Positions 38,077 to 46,632 of a stretch of 46,632 bases of DNA are shown here, one piece after another. The translations under genes were made by a program, and so were the position numbers. Location of the stretch: positions 1 through 46,632 of IMG/VR virus record IMGVR_UViG_3300037483_001822; one strand, given 5' to 3'. Positions within the stretch are counted from its first letter, which is position 1; each line of letters begins with the position of its first letter. The notes beneath the pieces were generated by a model that was not told where the DNA came from, did no database searches, and was given only the letters and a program-made list of their open reading frames with translations. This stretch comes from a virus. Lineage: Duplodnaviria; Caudoviricetes.

Positions 38077-38102
38077 AGAGCCCCGCATTGCGGGGCTTTT
38101 TG
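38077..38102 (+). terminator. Intrinsic terminator of the tRNA locus
   Basis: AGCCCCGC-ATT-GCGGGGCT followed by TTTT. Confidence 0.85.
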
Positions 38103-38146
38103 TTTGTGGGGGGACTACAGGAGCAGCGCTCGCCAAAAAATCAACC

Positions 38147-38171
38147 AAAAAAAACCGCCTGTGTTGGCGGT
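38147..38171 (-). terminator. Terminator for the giant host gene
   Basis: ACCGCC/GGCGGT stem with an 8-nt T-run on the minus strand. Confidence 0.7.
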
Positions 38172-38261
38172 GTTTTCCTTCAGCTTCCGCAGGAATCAGC
38201 GTTGAGGAGCGCATTATACGCTTGGGTGGCAGCAGGCGGATTGTGCTAATTCCTTGCACTG

Positions 38262-41200
38262 TCACAGGTCTGGCGTTTCAACAGTACCTTCCAGCTCGAC
38301 CAAGCCCTGTACGGATTGAGTGCCGGACTGCAGCGCGAACCCGCTGACGAACTCCGGAACCGAGCCGGTGCCGATGAATACGCCTTTCAAGTCGCCGGTC
38401 ACGGTCACTCCGGGGTTGGTGCTCAAGTTGCTGTTGGCACTGTCTATGTTCATCGTGGCGAAAGCCCCGTTCAGCGTGCCGTCGAACTGTACACTCCACG
38501 TGCCCGAGGTTTCGGTTTCCTCGATGTCGAGATGGCCGCCAGTAATTGCAGCGCTGCCGAAGTTGACGACGAAGCTCATATCCACCATTGCTCCAACGCT
38601 GGCCCCCGCCTCGTCGACGACGCTCGTGTTGTGGGCCTCGTTTTCGGCGGAATACTGGTAGGTACCGTTGAGATCCGCCATCGAGTGCGGCTTGAAGATA
38701 GCCCACGCGACATCATTGGCAGGCGCACTTGCTTCCGTCGTGCCGAAGCGATCCGTCATTACCACGATTTCAGTGGTGTCCCAGCGGCCCCAGTCCAGAC
38801 CGGCAATGACGTCGATGGTTGTTTCAGGGCCTGACAACGACACGCTATCCACGGTCATCACGTGCGTCGCGGGATTTTTCAGGAAGTTCGCATCATCGAC
38901 CGCCTGGCCAAACCCGTTGTGGCTGATGATCGAGCTTGTCCCGTTCTTGTCGACCGCCTTGCCAAAGGCAATGTGTCCGGACGGACCGCCATCTTTGGAG
39001 ACCAGCATGCCGACGTACTCCGATGAGCCCAGCGTAATCTGGTCGGCAATGCTCAAACGGGCATCGATGGCGCTGAAGGAGCGGCCGTCGATGCGGAAAT
39101 CGCCGGTGGTCTCGTGCGCGGCCCCGTCGATGGTGCTTTCGAGATGGTAGATGCCGGAGAACACCAGTTCATTGCTGTTGTCGCCGGGAACGAAACCGCC
39201 GGCGATGACGCTGTTGCTGGAGATCGCACTGGTGGTGCTGTCCTGTACCTTGACCAGATTGCCGGTGATATTGGCACTGCGAATCACGAGCGCGTTGTCG
39301 ATATGGTCGACGGTGCCCGAGAAGCCCGCTTCCCATCTGTAACTCGTCACGAACTCGTCGTTTCCAGCCACCAGTTCGAGCTTGCCGTTGTAGAGAGCGC
39401 CGCTCGTAAAGTCGATGTCGAAGGCGACCTTGGTAACTTCGAAATAGGCCTTCGGATTCGGATCGCCGGCTACTTTATGCGTGCCCGCGCCAGCGAAATG
39501 GGAGCCGTAGTTCTGGGCGAAACGACCGGTGACGTGCGTTGCGAGGTTGACCTTGGGGTCGGTGCTGTAGCTGACCCACAGTCCCGCACTCGCGAGCGAC
39601 TCAGAGGTTTCATTGTTCAGGTTGTTGGTCAGACGCGACGCCTGTCCTGCCTGATTCCAGTAACCGAGCTGAATCTCGGCGCCACCGTTCGTGAAATGCG
39701 TCTCGATGGCATGGGACGCGAAGGAGCCCATCGCATAGATCGCGTCACCCGTTGCCGACTGGAAGAAAATATCGCCGGGATCAGTGTTGTCGCTCACGTT
39801 TACGGCACTGCGCAAATTCGTCGTCAGCACGCCGCTGCCGGTGAAGTCGGTGAAGATCAGCGCCTTGCCCGGATCCTTGTCGAAGCTCGCGAGCAGGGGC
39901 GCGCTGCCTGAACCCATGCGGTCCTCGCGTTCGGTCAGCGCAAGCCCGGTGACGTAGAAATTGTTGTCGCCGACCTTGTACAGGTTGAAGCCGGACAGCA
40001 GCGCTTCATTCGCAGTGGCCGTCTTGCCGATGAAGCGGCCCGTGACACCGCCGCTGAAGTCGCCGATATCGGTGCCGTCGCTGGACAGGATGTTGCCGGT
40101 CACGAGACTGGAGTCGCTGGTGACATCGAGCACCAGATGGTTGACGGTGCCGGAGAAGGTGCCGGACTCCCAACGGGTAGCGCCATCGCAGCCGCTGCCG
40201 TTCGCGCCGGAAGTGCAGACGCGCAGGTAGCCGTCATCGAAGGTGCCCGCGGTGAAATCGACATCGAAGCTCAGGAACACGTCGGTGATGTCCTTGCCGT
40301 TGTCGCCTTCGCCGATGAAGTCCAGGGTTTTGCCGAAGCTCATCGTGCCGGAGGGAGAAGTGGTGTAGGCGGAATATTTGTGCTTGTCGACACCCCACAC
40401 CAGACTGTTGAAATCGTTCTCTTTGACGCTCGTGTCGTTTTCGCTGGTGTACGCAACGGCAGCGCCTGCGCCCGAGGCTTCCCAGATGCCCCATTCCAAC
40501 TGGTAGCCGCCCACCGCCGACTCATAACCGGTGAGAGTGGCGTTCACACGTTTGAAGACGCGGGGGAACGCGGATAACTGGGATGAGGACGGCACATATT
40601 CCTGATCCGACAGGTTCGAGAACTGCGCAAACACCGGATGCGTCGTCGCGCTGGTCGCAGCCTCGGTGGAAGCGAAGCCGTGATAGAAGGATTCGGGACT
40701 GTAGCCGCTGATGTTGTTCTTGTCCGCGGTCGCGAGCAGGCCCAGACCGTTCAGCGAGTCGTCCAGGTTGCTAAAGCTGTTCAGGCGCAGATCTATCGTG
40801 TCGAAGCTCTCCACGCCGGCGCGGTAGACGCCGGCGACGAAGGTGTTGGCCGCCGATGACTTCAGATGCAGGCTGCCGGTGAACTTCTCACTCGCGTTAA
40901 AGTTGTTGTTCGCGGTGCCATCGCCGATGAATACGCCGCTCATCCTGGCGTAGTCGATCGCGTACAGCGGTGCCGAAGTAGTAGCAGTGTCTTCGTCGTA
41001 GCTGCCGTAACTGTCCTCGCTCCCGGTGAATGTGAAACTGGCTTTGGCGTCGGTGATGCTGCCGGCGAAGCTGCTGATGGTCCAGGAACTGCCGGTGCGT
41101 AGTTCCGTCGCCGCGGTCGTTATCGTCATCGACCCATTGCTGATGCTGCCGGTCAGGAAGTTGACGTCGAAGCGGAGATCCAGGGTGTCGACCTCAGTAA

Positions 41201-44200
41201 TGTCGGTCAACTCCGAGCTTTGAAACCTGCCTTCATCCATCAGGAACGGCATTTCCAGACTTTCCTGCGACAGTAGAATGGTGCGGAACTGGCCAGTGAC
41301 GTTCGCCTGCGGCGTTTCCGGTTTGACGACGGCCCAGTACAAGGGTGCGGTCAGGGAAGCGTCGCTCAATTCGCCCGCATCCAGCAGGTTGGTCGTCATT
41401 GCCCTGGCCTGATCCCAGCGTGCCCAGTTCTCCGCTGTACTGCTATTGGCATGCTGCGTGCCGCTGCCAAGTCCCACCACCACATTGCCGTCCAGGAAGT
41501 TGCTCGCGGTACCGCTCGCGAAACGGTCGCCGATGAACAGATTGGAGTAGGCTGCCTCACCTTCGTAAAAATTCATCAGTGCGATGCTGTCATGGTTGGA
41601 GTCCACGACCAGCCCTCTGGATTCATCGTCGATATAGCGGATCTGGTAGGCGTTGAGGCGATCGTCGCGCTCCAGCACGAAGACGCCGGTCAGGTAAGTG
41701 TCGCCGGAACCGCTGAAATTGAAGCCGCCGACGAAGGCATCGTAGAAATCCTTGTCCACACCGGATTCGGTTTTCTCGCTGGTTCCGGTGAAGATGCCGT
41801 GGATTGCCCCGCTCAGGCCGGAGTTCGTCGGCGTGCCGCCGTTCTGGCTCACCATCACGGTATCGAGGCCGGTGCCGACCAGATAGCCCTTGGTCACGTT
41901 GCCGCGGAAATTCAAGGTGTAGGTCGCGCTGCCGCTCTCGCCGCAGGCTGCCGCCGAGGCGGCGCCGACACACACTTCCAGGCGGCCGCCGGACAGCGTG
42001 TTGTCGTTGATCTGCGGGATAAAGCCGTCGTTGCCGCCACCGGAGAGATCGAAATAGGCATCCACGGAAGTGACGTTGCCCAGCGTCGATGAGCCCACCG
42101 CATATTTCGTCCTGGCGTAGGTCAGGTCGCTACTTGTATACGGGCTGGTCAGCGCTGAAGTGGTCGCGCTGGCCCAGTACACGTTGTTCGTGAAGCTCTG
42201 GTTGGTGCTGGTGAACAGGTTGTCGGTGTAGGACTTGATCGCGCCGCTGGTGCTGGCGCCGACATCGTACTTGCCGATAGTGATCGGATAACTCAGGCCA
42301 TGGCTGAAGACTGGCGCGTTGCTCAAGTCGCTCTTCACCACATAGCCGGCATTGTAGACGTTGGGCGCATAAGGGTTGAATGCACAGTCGCAGTTGAAAG
42401 AAGGCTCGATCGGCTCGACGAAGATCCGCGTACCGGAGGGATTGGAGAGCGCGTTCAACACGCCATCCGTGGTTTTGCTCGGCAGCAGGAACGCGAGATC
42501 GGTCAGCGTGTCCTGTGCGCTCTTGCTGAAGCGATTTTCCACGACGCCCTGTACCACGACCTGGCCGCTTACCGCTTCCGCGTTTGCAAGCTGCTTGAAG
42601 TAGAAGCCGGCGACGAGGCCGATGTTTTCATCATTGTTGACGAAGGCACCTTTGATGTTGCCATCGAAGTTGGCGAAAGTGCCGATGGTTTCGCCGCTCT
42701 GAACCAGGCGCGTGGCTTGCGTGTTGTTGCTCGGGTTCGTCTGCAGGATCGTGAAATCAGCCAGATTGTTGCTGACGTTACCCTTGAAGTACACATGCCA
42801 TTCTTCGTCTTCACCGATGTTGACCTGCATGTAACCATTGCTGATATTGTCGCTGGACGCGGTGAAATCGACATCGAAAGTCATCTCGGCAACGGTGATC
42901 GGGTTGGCCGGTATCGTGTCGCCCTGGCCGATGGCGCCATTGACCGTACTGAAGCGTCCGCGCAGGTTATTGAGGGTGGATACGTTGAACGTGGAGAAGA
43001 AAGCCGCGTCTCTGGGTTGTCCGCTCAACTCTACCTTGGAGTCGGCATCGAGGTTGTTGGTCAAGCGCACCAGCGGGCCGGTCCAGCGTTCCCAGTCTAC
43101 GCCCAGCGAGGAACCGGTGAAGCCGGGCGAGCCGCTCGGGCCCGAGTCAGTTGTGATGCTACCGGAGGTACTGTTGTCGTAGACGTACAGGTTCTGACGG
43201 TCCTGGAACAGGATGTTGGCATCGTTGTTGACACCGCCGGCAGTGGCAGTGCCACGGCCGCTCAGCGTCAGCGCGGTGCTCTCCCGCACGAACAGACTGT
43301 CGTAAGACAGCTGCGCGCCTTCTGCACGGGTGTATCTTTCTTCCCGCTCGAGCACGAACAGCCCTTGCACGTTCGCCGCGCTCAGGCCGGTGGACGTTTC
43401 CGGCGCCGATACGAGATTCAGCGCGCCGCCGAAACCGCCGGCGTCGCTGCCGGTGAAGTTGCCGGCCAGCTCGCCGGTGATGCTCACGGTGTGATCGTTG
43501 ACTTTGCCGGTACCGGTTTTCGGCGTGCTGGCAAACATGCCGTCGACGACGCTGCCGTCGAAGTTGAATTCCCAGGCCTGCGCGTTGGTGCCGGTGCAGT
43601 TGGAGCTGCCGTTGAGGCAGAACTTCATCTTGCCGTCGCTGATCGCACCGCTGCCGAAATCCATGTTGAAGGAGGCAGCGAAGTTGGAGAAGGTGCCTCC
43701 GAGGCTGGAGGACCCTTCGAAATCGGTGAAGCTCGTGTAGTGCACGCTGCCTGTAACGGGCGCAGAAGGTGTCGGTTGTACCGTCATCCACAGCATCGGC
43801 ACCGTCACCTCGGTGAAAATACTGTTGTCGGCATTGCCTGAGTATTTTTTCAGCGCCGGTCCCGTGCCGCCCCAACTGCCTTTCTGGATGTCGAAGGTCG
43901 TGGTGCCGTAGTAACTGGTGGCACCGCTTTCATAGCCCAGCGACGTCAGCGTTACGTCGTTGTTCGTGTCGAAGATGTAATCGGTCGGAGTATCGGGGAT
44001 GTCTTTCGGGTCCGCGTTCACCACCAGCGACAAGCCGCTGGTCGAGGGAGTGGACGTATTGCCCCGATAAATTTCCCCGGGCGCGAACTGGCGCGACAGC
44101 GTGAAGCCGCGCCGACCGGCTGTCTCCATGCTTAGCAGCTCGCTTGAGCTCAGTACCGGAAGGATGGGCTCGGGTTCCGGTTCGGGCTCTGGCTCTGGTT

Positions 44201-45521
44201 CTGGTTCGGGCTCTGGTTCCGGCTGAGGTTCGGGTTCGGGCTCAGGTTCGGGTTCCGGCTCGGGCTCAGGTTCGGGTTCCGGCTCAGGTTCGGGCTCAGG
44301 TTCCGGCTCGGGCTCGGGCTCGGGTTCGGGTTCGGGTTCCGGTTCCGGCTCGGGCTCGGGTTCCGGCTCGGGCTCGGGCTCAGGTTCAGGTTCAGGTTCC
44401 GGCTCAGGTTCAGGTTCAGGTTCTGGTTCAGGTTCAGGTTCTGGTTCCGGCTCCGGCTCCGGTTCGGGCTGGGGTTCCGGTTCCGGGTCGCCCTGCGGTT
44501 CCTGTTGTTGTTGCGGGTCGTTGGTGCCAGCGACGACCAACTGCTGTGGATCGCGCGAGTTCAGTACCGGGTTGAGATTGGTCTCAGGATTGCCGCCAGG
44601 TACGGGACCGCCCGTCGTGCCACCGATGTTATTAGTGGGATTGTTGCCGGTGTTGCCCAGAAGCGGGCCGGCCGGAGGAGGTGTGCCATCACCACCATTG
44701 TCGTCATCATTGCCGCCGAGGTTGTCGAAAGCGGGAGGCGGGTCGTCGCCGTCATCGTTACCGCCACCATCGCCACCATCGCCACCATCGCCACCACCAC
44801 CATCGCCACCACCACCATCGCCACCACCACCATCGCCACCACCACCACCGTCGCCATCACCATCACCGTCTTCACCAAGACCAGGGAAGAAGTTCACAGG
44901 CGAAAGCACTTCCGGTTGATCCAGCAAGCCTTGTGGACCCAAGCCGTCGTTCCTGGTTTCGCTGAAGTCAAAGGGGCCGCCCAGACCGAGGAACAGCTCG
45001 CCATCGTCATTGAAGACGGTGGTGGCGCCATCCCAGGTACCGGTGAACAGGGTGTCGCCCTCGATCGCGCCGCCGTGGAAGGTGCCGCGAATGCCGATAT
45101 TGGCGTAAGGCGTGCTTATGTTGTATTCGTCGTCAGCGCCATCGCCGATGGTGCCGGACACCGTGCGGAAACCGCCGCGCACCATCGACATCGCGGCAGA
45201 GTCGGGAGTGGCTTCGTTGTCGTCGAAGTCGTAGGTGTCAAATGTGAATTCGGTATTCGGCTTGAACTGGATCAGGGCGTTGTCGACCATTCTGACCTGG
45301 GCGAAGCCATCGTCGCCGACAACGATAGTGTCCCGCTCGAAAATCTGCGAGCGGCGCGCAAGCGCACGGAAGTTGCCCGCCCCGTCGCGGGCGTCGACCC
45401 GGCCCTTGGTGGTGAGGATGGTACCGATCAGTTCACCGGTCTGCGCATACAAGGGCAGGCTGAGGGAAGACAACAGCGTAATCAGGGGGAGAGAATGTCT
45501 GCCGTTGAACTTCTTGCGCAT
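38262..45521 (-). CDS. Giant exported FecR-domain protein with G/D and (PE)n linkers and 7 TbpB-like barrel modules
   Basis: Signal peptide; FecR motifs ([28 protein letters not shown]); repeated F(D/N)(V/M/I)(D/N)F..G.I..G.L modules. Confidence 0.85.
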   Translation of the reverse strand: MRKKFNGRHSLPLITLLSSLSLPLYAQTGELIGTILTTKGRVDARDGAGNFRALARRSQIFERDTIVVGDDGFAQVRMVDNALIQFKPNTEFTFDTYDFDDNEATPDSAAMSMVRGGFRTVSGTIGDGADDEYNISTPYANIGIRGTFHGGAIEGDTLFTGTWDGATTVFNDDGELFLGLGGPFDFSETRNDGLGPQGLLDQPEVLSPVNFFPGLGEDGDGDGDGGGGGDGGGGDGGGGDGGGGDGGDGGDGGGNDDGDDPPPAFDNLGGNDDDNGGDGTPPPAGPLLGNTGNNPTNNIGGTTGGPVPGGNPETNLNPVLNSRDPQQLVVAGTNDPQQQQEPQGDPEPEPQPEPEPEPEPEPEPEPEPEPEPEPEPEPEPEPEPEPEPEPEPEPEPEPEPEPEPEPEPEPEPEPEPEPEPEPEPEPEPEPEPQPEPEPEPEPEPEPEPEPEPILPVLSSSELLSMETAGRRGFTLSRQFAPGEIYRGNTSTPSTSGLSLVVNADPKDIPDTPTDYIFDTNNDVTLTSLGYESGATSYYGTTTFDIQKGSWGGTGPALKKYSGNADNSIFTEVTVPMLWMTVQPTPSAPVTGSVHYTSFTDFEGSSSLGGTFSNFAASFNMDFGSGAISDGKMKFCLNGSSNCTGTNAQAWEFNFDGSVVDGMFASTPKTGTGKVNDHTVSITGELAGNFTGSDAGGFGGALNLVSAPETSTGLSAANVQGLFVLEREERYTRAEGAQLSYDSLFVRESTALTLSGRGTATAGGVNNDANILFQDRQNLYVYDNSTSGSITTDSGPSGSPGFTGSSLGVDWERWTGPLVRLTNNLDADSKVELSGQPRDAAFFSTFNVSTLNNLRGRFSTVNGAIGQGDTIPANPITVAEMTFDVDFTASSDNISNGYMQVNIGEDEEWHVYFKGNVSNNLADFTILQTNPSNNTQATRLVQSGETIGTFANFDGNIKGAFVNNDENIGLVAGFYFKQLANAEAVSGQVVVQGVVENRFSKSAQDTLTDLAFLLPSKTTDGVLNALSNPSGTRIFVEPIEPSFNCDCAFNPYAPNVYNAGYVVKSDLSNAPVFSHGLSYPITIGKYDVGASTSGAIKSYTDNLFTSTNQSFTNNVYWASATTSALTSPYTSSDLTYARTKYAVGSSTLGNVTSVDAYFDLSGGGNDGFIPQINDNTLSGGRLEVCVGAASAAACGESGSATYTLNFRGNVTKGYLVGTGLDTVMVSQNGGTPTNSGLSGAIHGIFTGTSEKTESGVDKDFYDAFVGGFNFSGSGDTYLTGVFVLERDDRLNAYQIRYIDDESRGLVVDSNHDSIALMNFYEGEAAYSNLFIGDRFASGTASNFLDGNVVVGLGSGTQHANSSTAENWARWDQARAMTTNLLDAGELSDASLTAPLYWAVVKPETPQANVTGQFRTILLSQESLEMPFLMDEGRFQSSELTDITEVDTLDLRFDVNFLTGSISNGSMTITTAATELRTGSSWTISSFAGSITDAKASFTFTGSEDSYGSYDEDTATTSAPLYAIDYARMSGVFIGDGTANNNFNASEKFTGSLHLKSSAANTFVAGVYRAGVESFDTIDLRLNSFSNLDDSLNGLGLLATADKNNISGYSPESFYHGFASTEAATSATTHPVFAQFSNLSDQEYVPSSSQLSAFPRVFKRVNATLTGYESAVGGYQLEWGIWEASGAGAAVAYTSENDTSVKENDFNSLVWGVDKHKYSAYTTSPSGTMSFGKTLDFIGEGDNGKDITDVFLSFDVDFTAGTFDDGYLRVCTSGANGSGCDGATRWESGTFSGTVNHLVLDVTSDSSLVTGNILSSDGTDIGDFSGGVTGRFIGKTATANEALLSGFNLYKVGDNNFYVTGLALTEREDRMGSGSAPLLASFDKDPGKALIFTDFTGSGVLTTNLRSAVNVSDNTDPGDIFFQSATGDAIYAMGSFASHAIETHFTNGGAEIQLGYWNQAGQASRLTNNLNNETSESLASAGLWVSYSTDPKVNLATHVTGRFAQNYGSHFAGAGTHKVAGDPNPKAYFEVTKVAFDIDFTSGALYNGKLELVAGNDEFVTSYRWEAGFSGTVDHIDNALVIRSANITGNLVKVQDSTTSAISSNSVIAGGFVPGDNSNELVFSGIYHLESTIDGAAHETTGDFRIDGRSFSAIDARLSIADQITLGSSEYVGMLVSKDGGPSGHIAFGKAVDKNGTSSIISHNGFGQAVDDANFLKNPATHVMTVDSVSLSGPETTIDVIAGLDWGRWDTTEIVVMTDRFGTTEASAPANDVAWAIFKPHSMADLNGTYQYSAENEAHNTSVVDEAGASVGAMVDMSFVVNFGSAAITGGHLDIEETETSGTWSVQFDGTLNGAFATMNIDSANSNLSTNPGVTVTGDLKGVFIGTGSVPEFVSGFALQSGTQSVQGLVELEGTVETPDL
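44165..44490 (-). repeat. Coding hexamer tandem repeat, (Pro-Glu)n
   Basis: About 50 CCNGAR units. Confidence 0.95.
44755..44875 (-). repeat. Coding Gly/Asp repeat (GDGGG)n
   Basis: GGCGATGGTGGTGGT units on the minus strand. Confidence 0.9.
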
Positions 45522-45732
45522 GATCGCGATTCTTCTTCCTGAAATTTATGAAGAAATCAGTTTCTCGAAGTGGGACCGCGCAAGAATAATCGTCGATCCC
45601 GGGGCAGTCCAGAGCAAATATCCGGCCTGACCGTCGTAGTGTGAGCCAGAACTCAATGCAGCTTGTGTTGCATGCGGGCGTTTTCAGACTGCAACCTGCG
45701 CGGGTCCGGTGCTGGCCGTTCTGATTACAGGA

Positions 45733-46632
45733 TCAGTCGCAGTCCGTGCAAGCCTGACCAAGCACGCTCAGACCCTGCACGTAGCTTTCTCCAGCGTGCA
45801 GCGAGAATCCGCTGACGAAGTCGGGAGCGTCGCCGGTGCCGACGAACACGCCACCAAGACTGCCGGAAACAGGTTCCAGCGTGCCGAACGTACCATTGAT
45901 CTGCGTCATCGTGGCCGTCGCACCGCGCAGGTCACCATTGAAGGTCACGCGCCAGGCTTCGTTGCTGCTGTCGAGCACTTGCAGACTACCGTTGCTGATT
46001 GCGCCAGGGCCGCCACCGAGATCGACGTCAAAGGCCATTTCGACATCGAGCAGCGCGCCGCCGCTTTCATCCCTGCCGAGGAAGTCGGCGCCGCCATGAT
46101 AAGTTGCGTGGCCGCTCAGATTGGCCATGTTGGCTGGTCTGAGCACATACCACTCGCCGTCCGCCAGTACGAAGGTATAGGCAGTCAGGCTGGAATTCTG
46201 CAGCGTCAATCCGGAAAGCGAATCCCACAGGCCCCAGCTCAGTTTGATCCGGCCCTCGTCTGGCAGTGAACTTGCGCTGACAGGGTCGTTCGCATCAGGC
46301 AGGAGCAGTGCCCGGGTTGTCGTCGTGGAGTTGGTGTCGTCGCGATCGTTTTCGTTTTCACGGTCGTTGTTGCTGTTGCCGGTAGTGTCGTCCTTGTTGT
46401 CGTTTGGCTTGCCGTCGTCGGTAGTATCGCTGTTGGAGTTGCCACGATCGCTGGTGTCGTTGTCGGTTTTGTCGCTGTTGGAGTTGCCACGATCGCTGGT
46501 GTCGGTGTCGGTTTTGTCGTTGTTGGAGTTGCCGCGATCGCTGGTGTCGGTGTCGTTACCGGAGTTGCCGCGGTCGCTGGTGTCGGTGTCGGTTTTGTCG
46601 TTGTTGGAGTTGCCGCGATCGCTGGTATCGGT
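45733..46632 (-). CDS. 3' part of a paralogous exported protein (D/T/N repeats plus one TbpB-like module); 5' end outside window
   Basis: Frame open to the window edge; GVFVGTGDAPDFVSGFSL...VQGL matches [18 protein letters not shown]...VQGL of the giant protein. Confidence 0.85.
   Translation of the reverse strand, partial: TDTSDRGNSNNDKTDTDTSDRGNSGNDTDTSDRGNSNNDKTDTDTSDRGNSNSDKTDNDTSDRGNSNSDTTDDGKPNDNKDDTTGNSNNDRENENDRDDTNSTTTTRALLLPDANDPVSASSLPDEGRIKLSWGLWDSLSGLTLQNSSLTAYTFVLADGEWYVLRPANMANLSGHATYHGGADFLGRDESGGALLDVEMAFDVDLGGGPGAISNGSLQVLDSSNEAWRVTFNGDLRGATATMTQINGTFGTLEPVSGSLGGVFVGTGDAPDFVSGFSLHAGESYVQGLSVLGQACTDCD
46425..46632 (-). repeat. Coding tandem repeat (DTSDRGNSNNDKTDT)n, ~45-nt units
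   Basis: About 5 copies of GACACCAGCGAYCGYGGCAACTCC. Confidence 0.9.

Noticed and set aside
42300-45542. Long plus-strand ORFs, including poly-His and poly-Pro peptides
   Set aside because: Shadows of the giant minus-strand gene and its G/D and PE repeats
46425-46632. Regular ~45-nt repeats resembling a CRISPR array
   Set aside because: In-frame coding repeats with synonymous variation, no unique spacers and no cas genes

Overview
Positions ~1-38,067 are a largely complete lambda-like (siphovirus-type) temperate prophage of a Gram-negative host, probably a gammaproteobacterium. Its right end is the 3' half of tRNA-Pro(GGG) (38023-38067, putative attR). The matching intact tRNA/attL is not in the window. 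The prophage has int/xis, a cI/cro/cII switch with matching operators, a primase-helicase plus an inverted-repeat ori, Q with PR'/tR', an unusual lysis cassette (SleB hydrolase, class-3 lipase, two lipoproteins), cos, terminase, portal, a ClpP-capsid fusion, tail genes with a -1 frameshift chaperone, and a secreted matrixin moron. The standout is a complete diversity-generating retroelement (DGR): target VR, hairpin, avd, TR and RT, with 9 TR/VR mismatches, all at TR adenines. It sits in the early-left operon and diversifies a small protein with no signal peptide rather than a tail fibre. A separately promoted operon of small proteins beyond int is a candidate anti-defence locus. Positions 38.2-46.6 kb are host DNA: a 2,419-aa FecR-domain protein with seven TbpB-like barrel modules, and the 3' part of a paralogue. 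All family assignments come from motif recognition by eye; no searches were run.
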